Shown one piece after another: positions 11,686 to 22,669 of a stretch of DNA of 64,000 bases (position 1 is the stretch's first letter; the number at the start of each line of letters is the position of its first letter). The DNA comes from Auanema rhodensis (lineage: Eukaryota; Animalia; Nematoda): positions 19,592,001 through 19,656,000 of the forward strand of contig OZ059900.1 in the NCBI GenBank assembly GCA_964057225.1, given 5' to 3'. The notes beneath the pieces were generated by a model, which did not search any database, was not told where the DNA came from, and saw only the letters and a list, made by a program, of their open reading frames with translations. The translations under genes were made by a program, and so were the position numbers.

Positions 11686-14600
11686 TACAACGTCTAGTCC
11701 CACTTTCACGACAAAAAAACAGGAGTTAGAAAATTAAGGAAATTAGCATATTCTGAGGGCACGCCCCTTATAGCTAATATTGATTAAATCGATTTTTGTT
11801 CATATGAGTCGTCAAATGCAACGAATTTCAGCGTGTTACATACTAAAATGAAGCATTTTACATGCTGAACACTAGAAAAATACAAAAACACAGTATTTCC
11901 CATGAGAAATATTTTATTATGCTGGAAAACCAGTTTTTGGAAATTTCGCTGTAAACAAGGTTTTGACTTACGATTTCATGTGTTCAAACTCATGCAATGT
12001 CAATGAAACCTAGCTCAAAATTGTTCGTACAACGTCTAGTTCCACTTTCACGACAAAAAAACAGGGGTTAGAAAATTAAGGGAATTAGCATATTCTGAGG
12101 GCACGCCCCTTATGGCTAATATTGATTAAATCGATTTTTGTTCATATGAGTCGTCAAATGCAACGAATTTCAGCGTGTTACATACTAAAATGAAGCATTT
12201 TACATGCTGAACACTAGAAAAATACAAAAACACAGTATTTCCCATGAGAAATATTTTATTATGCTGGAAAACCAGTTTTTGGAAATTTCGCTGTAAACAA
12301 GGTTTTGACTTACGATTTCATGTGTTCAAACTCATGCAATGTCAATGAAACCTAGCTCAAAATTGTTCGTACAACGTCTAGTTCCACTTTCACGACAAAA
12401 AAACAGGGGTTAGAAAATTAAGGGAATTAGCATATTCTGAGGGCACGCCCCTTATGGCTAATATTGATTAAATCGATTTTTGTTCATATGAGTCGTCAAA
12501 TGCAACGAATTTCAGCGTGTTACATACTAAAATGAAGCATTTTACATGCTGAACACTAGAAAAATACAAAAACACAGTATTTTCCATGAGAAATATTTTA
12601 TTATGCTGGAAAACCAGTTTTTGGAAATTTCGCTGTAAACAAGGTTTTGACTTACGATTTCATGTGTTCAAACTCATGCAATGTCAATGAAACCTAGCTC
12701 AAAATTGTTCGTACAACGTCTAGTCCCACTTTCACGACAAAAAAACAGGGGTTAGAAAATTAAGGAAATTAGCATATTCTGAGGGCACGCCCCTTATGGC
12801 TAATATTGATTAAATCGATTTTTGTTCATATGAGTCGTCAAATGCAACGAATTTCAGCGTGTTACATACTAAAATGAAGCATTTTACATGCTGAACACTA
12901 GAAAAATACAAAAACACAGTATTTCCCATGAGAAATATTTTATTATGCTGGAAAACCAGTTTTTGGAAATTTCGCTGTAAACAAGGTTTTGACTTACGAT
13001 TTCATGTGTTCAAACTCATGCAATGTCAATGAAACCTAGCTCAAAATTGTTCGTACAACGTCTAGTTCCACTTTCACGACAAAAAAACAGGGGTTAGAAA
13101 ATTAAGGAAATTAGCATATTCTGAGGGCACGCCCCTTATGGCTAATATTGATTAAATCGATTTTTGTTCATATGAGTCGTCAAATGCAACGAATTTCAGC
13201 GTGTTACATACTAAAATGAAGCATTTTACATGCTGAACACTAGAAAAATACAAAAACACAGTATTTCCCATGAGAAATATTTTATTATGCTGGAAAACCA
13301 GTTTTTGGAAATTTCGCTGTAAACAAGGTTTTGACTTACGATTTCATGTGTTCAAACTCATGCAATGTCAATGAAACCTAGCTCAAAATTGTTCGTACAA
13401 CGTCTAGTTCCACTTTCACGACAAAAAAACAGGGGTTAGAAAATTAAGGGAATTAGCATATTCTGAGGGCACGCCCCTTATGGCTAATATTGATTAAATC
13501 GATTTTTGTTCATATGAGTCGTCAAATGCAACGAATTTCAGCGTGTTACATACGCAAATGAAGCATTTCACATGCTGAACACTAGAAAAATACAAAAACA
13601 CAGTATTTCCCATGAGAAATATTTTATTATGCTGGAAAACCAGTTTTTGGAAATTTCGCTGTAAACAAGGTTTTGACTTACGATTTCATGTGTTCAAACT
13701 CATGCAATGTCAATGAAACCTAGCTCAAAATTGTTCGTACAACGTCTAGTCCCACTTTCACGACAAAAAAACAGGGGTTAGAAAATTAAGGAAATTAGCA
13801 TATTCTGAGGGCACGCCCCTTATGGCTAATATTGATTAAATCGATTTTTGTTCATATGAGTCGTCAAATGCAACGAATTTCAGCGTGTTACATACTAAAA
13901 TGAAGCATTTTACATGCTGAACACTAGAAAAATACAAAAACACAGTATTTCCCATGAGAAATATTTTATTATGCTGGAAAACCAGTTTTTGGAAATTTCG
14001 CTGTAAACAAGGTTTTGACTTACGATTTCATGTGTTCAAACTCATGCAATGTCAATGAAACCTAGCTCAAAATTGTTCGTACAACGTCTAGTTCCACTTT
14101 CACGACAAAAAAACAGGGGTTAGAAAATTAAGGAAATTAGCATATTCTGAGGGCACGCCCCTTATGGCTAATATTGATTAAATCGATTTTTGTTCATATG
14201 AGTCGTCAAATGCAACGAATTTCAGCGTGTTACATACGCAAATGAAGCATTTCACATGCTGAACACTAGAAAAATACAAAAACACAGTATTTCCCATGAG
14301 AAATATTTTATTATGCTGGAAAACCAGTTTTTGGAAATTTCGCTGTAAACAAGGTTTTGACTTACGATTTCATGTGTTCAAACTCATGCAATGTCAATGA
14401 AACCTAGCTCAAAATTGTTCGTACAACGTCTAGTTCCACTTTCACGACAAAAAAACAGGGGTTAGAAAATTAAGGAAATTAGCATATTCTGAGGGCACGC
14501 CCCTTATGGCTAATATTGATTAAATCGATTTTTGTTCATATGAGTCGTCAAATGCAACGAATTTCAGCGTGTTACATACGCAAATGAAGCATTTCACATG

Positions 14601-16220
14601 CTGAACACTAGAAAAATACAAAAACACAGTATTTCCCATGAGAAATATTTTATTATGCTGGAAAACCAGTTTTTGGAAATTTCGCTGTAAACAAGGTTTT
14701 GACTTACGATTTCATGTGTTCAAACTCATGCAATGTCAATGAAACCTAGCTCAAAATTGTTCGTACAACGTCTAGTTCCACTTTCACGACAAAAAAACAG
14801 GGGTTAGAAAATTAAGGAAATTAGCATATTCTGAGGGCACGCCCCTTATGGCTAATATTGATTAAATCGATTTTTGTTCATATGAGTCGTCAAATGCAAC
14901 GAATTTCAGCGTGTTACATACTAAAATGAAGCATTTTACATGCTGAACACTAGAAAAATACAAAAACACAGTATTTCCCATGAGAAATATTTTATTATGC
15001 TGGAAAACCAGTTTTTGGAAATTTCGCTGTAAACAAGGTTTTGACTTACGATTTCATGTGTTCAAACTCATGCAATGTCAATGAAACCTAGCTCAAAATT
15101 GTTCGTACAACGTCTAGTTCCACTTTCACGACAAAAAAACAGGGGTTAGAAAATTAAGGAAATTAGCATATTCTGAGGGCACGCCCCTTATGGCTAATAT
15201 TGATTAAATCGATTTTTGTTCATATGAGTCGTCAAATGCTACGAATTTCAGCGTGTTACATACTAAAATGAAGCATTTTACATGCTGAACACTAGAAAAA
15301 TACAAAAACACAGTATTTCCCATGAGAAATATTTTATTATGCTGGAAAACCAGTTTTTGGAAATTTCGCTGTAAACAAGGTTTTGACTTACGATTTCATG
15401 TGTTCAAACTCATGCAATGTCAATGAAACCTAGCTCAAAATTGTTCGTACAACGTCTAGTTCCACTTTCACGACAAAAAAACAGGGGTTAGAAAATTAAG
15501 GAAATTAGCATATTCTGAGGGCACGCCCCTTATGGCTAATATTGATTAAATCGATTTTTGTTCATATGAGTCGTCAAATGCTACGAATTTCAGCGTGTTA
15601 CATACTAAAATGAAGCATTTTACATGCTGAACACTAGAAAAATACAAAAACACAGTATTTCCCATGAGAAATATTTTATTATGCTGGAAAACCAGTTTTT
15701 GGAAATTTCGCTGTAAACAAGGTTTTGACTTACGATTTCATGTGTTCAAACTTATGCAATGTCAATGAAACCTAGCAAAAAATTGTTCGTACAACGTCTA
15801 GTCCCACTTTCACGACAAAAAAACAGGGGTTAGAAAATTAAGGGAATTAGCATATTCTGAGGGCACGCCCCTTATGGCTAATATTGATTAAATCGATTTT
15901 TGTTCATATGAGTCGTCAAATGCAACGAATTTCAGCGTGTTACATACTAAAATGAAGCATTTTACATGCTGAACACTAGAAAAATACAAAAACACAGTAT
16001 TTCCCATGAGAAATATTTTATTATGCTGGAAAACCAGTTTTTGGAAATTTCGCTGTAAACAAGGTTTTGACTTACGATTTCATGTGTTCAAACTCATGCA
16101 ATGTCAATGAAACCTAGCTCAAAATTGTTCGTACAACGTCTAGTTCCACTTTCACGACAAAAAAACAGGGGTTAGAAAATTAAGGAAATTAGCATATTCT
16201 GAGGGCACGCCTCTTATGGC
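11675..16220 (-). repeat. Satellite block B, inverted orientation, ~13.3 monomers
   Basis: Starts AAAATTGTTCGTACAACG (reverse complement from monomer position 286) and ends ...CTCTTATGGC (monomer position 187). Confidence 0.97.
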
Positions 16221-16230
16221 GAAATTTCCA
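16210..16230. other. Orientation-switch junction J2 (divergent, - to +) with 2-bp GC microhomology
   Basis: CTCTTATG[GC]GAAATTTCC: the GC at 16219-16220 belongs both to reverse TATGGC(TAAT) and to forward (ACA)GCGAAA. There is a private C>T at 16212. Confidence 0.95.
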
Positions 16231-17313
16231 AAAACTGGTTTTCCAGCATAATAAAATATTTCTCATGGGAAATACTGTGTTTTTGTATTTTTCTAGTGTT
16301 CAGCATGTAAAATGCTTCATTTTAGTATGTAACACGCTGAAATTCGTTGCATTTGACGACTCATATGAACAAAAATCGATTTAATCAATATTAGCCATAA
16401 GGGGCGTGCCCTCAGAATATGCTAATTCCCTTAATTTTCTAACCCCTGTTTTTTTGTCGTGAAAGTGGGACTAGACGTTGTACGAACAATTTTTTGCTAG
16501 GTTTCATTGACATTGCATAAGTTTGAACACATGAAATCGTAAGTCAAAACCTTGTTTACAGCGAAATTTCCAAAAACTGGTTTTCCAGCATAATAAAATA
16601 TTTCTCATGGGAAATACTGTGTTTTTGTATTTTTCTAGTGTTCAGCATGTAAAATGCTTCATTTTAGTATGTAACACGCTGAAATTCGTTGCATTTGACG
16701 ACTCATATGAACAAAAATCGATTTAATCAATATTAGCCATAAGGGGCGTGCCCTCAGAATATGCTAATTCCCTTAATTTTCTAACCCCTGTTTTTTTGTC
16801 GTGAAAGTGAAACTAGACGTTGTACAAACAATTTTGAGCTAGGTTTCATTGACATTGCATGAGTTTGAACACATGAAATCGTAAGTCAAAACCTTGTTTA
16901 CAGCGAAATTTCCAAAAACTGGTTTTCCAGCATAATAAAATATTTCTCATGGGAAATACTGTGTTTTTGTATTTTTCTAGTGTTCAGCATGTAAAATGCT
17001 TCATTTTAGTATGTAACACGCTGAAATTCGTTGCATTTGACGACTCATATGAACAAAAATCGATTTAATCAATATTAGCCATAAGGGGCGTGCCCTCAGA
17101 ATATGCTAATTCCCTTAATTTTCTAACCCCTGTTTTTTTGTCGTGAAAGTGAAACTAGACGTTGTACAAACAATTTTGAGCTAGGTTTCATTGACATTGC
17201 ATGAGTTTGAACACATGAAATCGTAAGTCAAAACCTTGTTTACAGCGAAATTTCCAAAAACTGGTTTTCCAGCATAATAAAATATTTCTCATGGGAAATA
17301 CTGTGTTTTTGTA
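16219..17313 (+). repeat. Satellite block C, short forward island, ~3.2 monomers
   Basis: Starts GCGAAATTTCC (monomer position 12). Monomer starts at 16550, 16892 and 17234. Ends ...GTTTTTGTA at 17313. Confidence 0.97.
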
Positions 17314-17324
17314 AAAATTGTTCG
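17304..17324. other. Orientation-switch junction J3 (convergent), sequence-identical to J1
   Basis: The same TGTGTTTTTGTA|AAAATTGTTCG join occurs 5639 bp after J1 and is followed by the same rare-variant monomer (AGGAGTTAG, CTTATAGCT, GTCCCAC). Confidence 0.95.
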
Positions 17325-20300
17325 TACAACGTCTAGTCCCACTTTCACGACAAAAAAACAGGAGTTAGAAAATTAAGGAAATTAGCATATTCTGAGGGCA
17401 CGCCCCTTATAGCTAATATTGATTAAATCGATTTTTGTTCATATGAGTCGTCAAATGCAACGAATTTCAGCGTGTTACATACTAAAATGAAGCATTTTAC
17501 ATGCTGAACACTAGAAAAATACAAAAACACAGTATTTCCCATGAGAAATATTTTATTATGCTGGAAAACCAGTTTTTGGAAATTTCGCTGTAAACAAGGT
17601 TTTGACTTACGATTTCATGTGTTCAAACTCATGCAATGTCAATGAAACCTAGCTCAAAATTGTTCGTACAACGTCTAGTTCCACTTTCACGACAAAAAAA
17701 CAGGGGTTAGAAAATTAAGGGAATTAGCATATTCTGAGGGCACGCCCCTTATGGCTAATATTGATTAAATCGATTTTTGTTCATATGAGTCGTCAAATGC
17801 AACGAATTTCAGCGTGTTACATACTAAAATGAAGCATTTTACATGCTGAACACTAGAAAAATACAAAAACACAGTATTTCCCATGAGAAATATTTTATTA
17901 TGCTGGAAAACCAGTTTTTGGAAATTTCGCTGTAAACAAGGTTTTGACTTACGATTTCATGTGTTCAAACTCATGCAATGTCAATGAAACCTAGCTCAAA
18001 ATTGTTCGTACAACGTCTAGTTCCACTTTCACGACAAAAAAACAGGGGTTAGAAAATTAAGGGAATTAGCATATTCTGAGGGCACGCCCCTTATGGCTAA
18101 TATTGATTAAATCGATTTTTGTTCATATGAGTCGTCAAATGCAACGAATTTCAGCGTGTTACATACTAAAATGAAGCATTTTACATGCTGAACACTAGAA
18201 AAATACAAAAACACAGTATTTTCCATGAGAAATATTTTATTATGCTGGAAAACCAGTTTTTGGAAATTTCGCTGTAAACAAGGTTTTGACTTACGATTTC
18301 ATGTGTTCAAACTCATGCAATGTCAATGAAACCTAGCTCAAAATTGTTCGTACAACGTCTAGTCCCACTTTCACGACAAAAAAACAGGGGTTAGAAAATT
18401 AAGGAAATTAGCATATTCTGAGGGCACGCCCCTTATGGCTAATATTGATTAAATCGATTTTTGTTCATATGAGTCGTCAAATGCAACGAATTTCAGCGTG
18501 TTACATACTAAAATGAAGCATTTTACATGCTGAACACTAGAAAAATACAAAAACACAGTATTTCCCATGAGAAATATTTTATTATGCTGGAAAACCAGTT
18601 TTTGGAAATTTCGCTGTAAACAAGGTTTTGACTTACGATTTCATGTGTTCAAACTCATGCAATGTCAATGAAACCTAGCTCAAAATTGTTCGTACAACGT
18701 CTAGTTCCACTTTCACGACAAAAAAACAGGGGTTAGAAAATTAAGGAAATTAGCATATTCTGAGGGCACGCCCCTTATGGCTAATATTGATTAAATCGAT
18801 TTTTGTTCATATGAGTCGTCAAATGCAACGAATTTCAGCGTGTTACATACGCAAATGAAGCATTTCACATGCTGAACACTAGAAAAATACAAAAACACAG
18901 TATTTCCCATGAGAAATATTTTATTATGCTGGAAAACCAGTTTTTGGAAATTTCGCTGTAAACAAGGTTTTGACTTACGATTTCATGTGTTCAAACTCAT
19001 GCAATGTCAATGAAACCTAGCTCAAAATTGTTCGTACAACGTCTAGTTCCACTTTCACGACAAAAAAACAGGGGTTAGAAAATTAAGGAAATTAGCATAT
19101 TCTGAGGGCACGCCCCTTATGGCTAATATTGATTAAATCGATTTTTGTTCATATGAGTCGTCAAATGCAACGAATTTCAGCGTGTTACATACTAAAATGA
19201 AGCATTTTACATGCTGAACACTAGAAAAATACAAAAACACAGTATTTCCCATGAGAAATATTTTATTATGCTGGAAAACCAGTTTTTGGAAATTTCGCTG
19301 TAAACAAGGTTTTGACTTACGATTTCATGTGTTCAAACTCATGCAATGTCAATGAAACCTAGCTCAAAATTGTTCGTACAACGTCTAGTTCCACTTTCAC
19401 GACAAAAAAACAGGGGTTAGAAAATTAAGGGAATTAGCATATTCTGAGGGCACGCCCCTTATGGCTAATATTGATTAAATCGATTTTTGTTCATATGAGT
19501 CGTCAAATGCAACGAATTTCAGCGTGTTACATACTAAAATGAAGCATTTTACATGCTGAACACTAGAAAAATACAAAAACACAGTATTTCCCATGAGAAA
19601 TATTTTATTATGCTGGAAAACCAGTTTTTGGAAATTTCGCTGTAAACAAGGTTTTGACTTACGATTTCATGTGTTCAAACTCATGCAATGTCAATGAAAC
19701 CTAGCTCAAAATTGTTCGTACAACGTCTAGTTCCACTTTCACGACAAAAAAACAGGGGTTAGAAAATTAAGGGAATTAGCATATTCTGAGGGCACGCCCC
19801 TTATGGCTAATATTGATTAAATCGATTTTTGTTCATATGAGTCGTCAAATGCAACGAATTTCAGCGTGTTACATACTAAAATGAAGCATTTTACATGCTG
19901 AACACTAGAAAAATACAAAAACACAGTATTTTCCATGAGAAATATTTTATTATGCTGGAAAACCAGTTTTTGGAAATTTCGCTGTAAACAAGGTTTTGAC
20001 TTACGATTTCATGTGTTCAAACTCATGCAATGTCAATGAAACCTAGCTCAAAATTGTTCGTACAACGTCTAGTCCCACTTTCACGACAAAAAAACAGGGG
20101 TTAGAAAATTAAGGAAATTAGCATATTCTGAGGGCACGCCCCTTATGGCTAATATTGATTAAATCGATTTTTGTTCATATGAGTCGTCAAATGCAACGAA
20201 TTTCAGCGTGTTACATACTAAAATGAAGCATTTTACATGCTGAACACTAGAAAAATACAAAAACACAGTATTTCCCATGAGAAATATTTTATTATGCTGG

Positions 20301-22669
20301 AAAACCAGTTTTTGGAAATTTCGCTGTAAACAAGGTTTTGACTTACGATTTCATGTGTTCAAACTCATGCAATGTCAATGAAACCTAGCTCAAAATTGTT
20401 CGTACAACGTCTAGTTCCACTTTCACGACAAAAAAACAGGGGTTAGAAAATTAAGGAAATTAGCATATTCTGAGGGCACGCCCCTTATGGCTAATATTGA
20501 TTAAATCGATTTTTGTTCATATGAGTCGTCAAATGCAACGAATTTCAGCGTGTTACATACGCAAATGAAGCATTTCACATGCTGAACACTAGAAAAATAC
20601 AAAAACACAGTATTTCCCATGAGAAATATTTTATTATGCTGGAAAACCAGTTTTTGGAAATTTCGCTGTAAACAAGGTTTTGACTTACGATTTCATGTGT
20701 TCAAACTCATGCAATGTCAATGAAACCTAGCTCAAAATTGTTCGTACAACGTCTAGTTCCACTTTCACGACAAAAAAACAGGGGTTAGAAAATTAAGGAA
20801 ATTAGCATATTCTGAGGGCACGCCCCTTATGGCTAATATTGATTAAATCGATTTTTGTTCATATGAGTCGTCAAATGCAACGAATTTCAGCGTGTTACAT
20901 ACGCAAATGAAGCATTTCACATGCTGAACACTAGAAAAATACAAAAACACAGTATTTCCCATGAGAAATATTTTATTATGCTGGAAAACCAGTTTTTGGA
21001 AATTTCGCTGTAAACAAGGTTTTGACTTACGATTTCATGTGTTCAAACTCATGCAATGTCAATGAAACCTAGCTCAAAATTGTTCGTACAACGTCTAGTT
21101 CCACTTTCACGACAAAAAAACAGGGGTTAGAAAATTAAGGAAATTAGCATATTCTGAGGGCACGCCCCTTATGGCTAATATTGATTAAATCGATTTTTGT
21201 TCATATGAGTCGTCAAATGCAACGAATTTCAGCGTGTTACATACTAAAATGAAGCATTTTACATGCTGAACACTAGAAAAATACAAAAACACAGTAATAC
21301 CCATGAGAAATATTTTATTATGCTGGAAAACCAGTTTTTGGAAATTTCGCTGTAAACAAGGTTTTGACTTACGATTTCATGTGTTCAAACTCATGCAATG
21401 TCAATGAAACCTAGCTCAAAATTGTTCGTACAACGTCTAGTTCCACTTTCACGACAAAAAAACAGGGGTTAGAAAATTAAGGAAATTAGCATATTCTGAG
21501 GGCACGCCCCTTATGGCTAATATTGATTAAATCGATTTTTGTTCATATGAGTCGTCAAATGCAACGAATTTCAGCGTGTTACATACTAAAATGAAGCATT
21601 TTACATGCTGAACACTAGAAAAATACAAAAACACAGTATTTCCCATGAGAAATATTTTATTATGCTGGAAAACCAGTTTTTGGAAATTTCGCTGTAAACA
21701 AGGTTTTGACTTACGATTTCATGTGTTCAAACTCATGCAATGTCAATGAAACCTAGCTCAAAATTGTTCGTACAACGTCTAGTTCCACTTTCACGACAAA
21801 AAAACAGGGGTTAGAAAATTAAGGAAATTAGCATATTCTGAGGGCACGCCCCTTATGGCTAATATTGATTAAATCGATTTTTGTTCATATGAGTCGTCAA
21901 ATGCAACGAATTTCAGCGTGTTACATACGCAAATGAAGCATTTCACATGCTGAACACTAGAAAAATACAAAAACACAGTATTTCCCATGAGAAATATTTT
22001 ATTATGCTGGAAAACCAGTTTTTGGAAATTTCGCTGTAAACAAGGTTTTGACTTACGATTTCATGTGTTCAAACTCATGCAATGTCAATGAAACCTAGCT
22101 CAAAATTGTTCGTACAACGTCTAGTTCCACTTTCACGACAAAAAAACAGGGGTTAGAAAATTAAGGAAATTAGCATATTCTGAGGGCACGCCCCTTATGG
22201 CTAATATTGATTAAATCGATTTTTGTTCATATGAGTCGTCAAATGCAACGAATTTCAGCGTGTTACATACACAAATGAAGCATTTCACATGCTGAACACT
22301 AGAAAAATACAAAAACACAGTATTTCCCATGAGAAATATTTTATTATGCTGGAAAACCAGTTTTTGGAAATTTCGCTGTAAACAAGGTTTTGACTTACGA
22401 TTTCATGTGTTCAAACTCATGCAATGTCAATGAAACCTAGCTCAAAATTGTTCGTACAACGTCTAGTTCCACTTTCACGACAAAAAAACAGGGGTTAGAA
22501 AATTAAGGAAATTAGCATATTCTGAGGGCACGCCCCTTATGGCTAATATTGATTAAATCGATTTTTGTTCATATGAGTCGTCAAATGCAACGAATTTCAG
22601 CGTGTTACATACTAAAATGAAGCATTTTACATGCTGAACACTAGAAAAATACAAAAACACAGTAATACC

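Noticed and set aside
11675-17313. Transposon or invertible element bounded by terminal inverted repeats
   Set aside because: There is no transposase or recombinase, no target-site duplication and no foreign sequence. The junctions join satellite directly to satellite.
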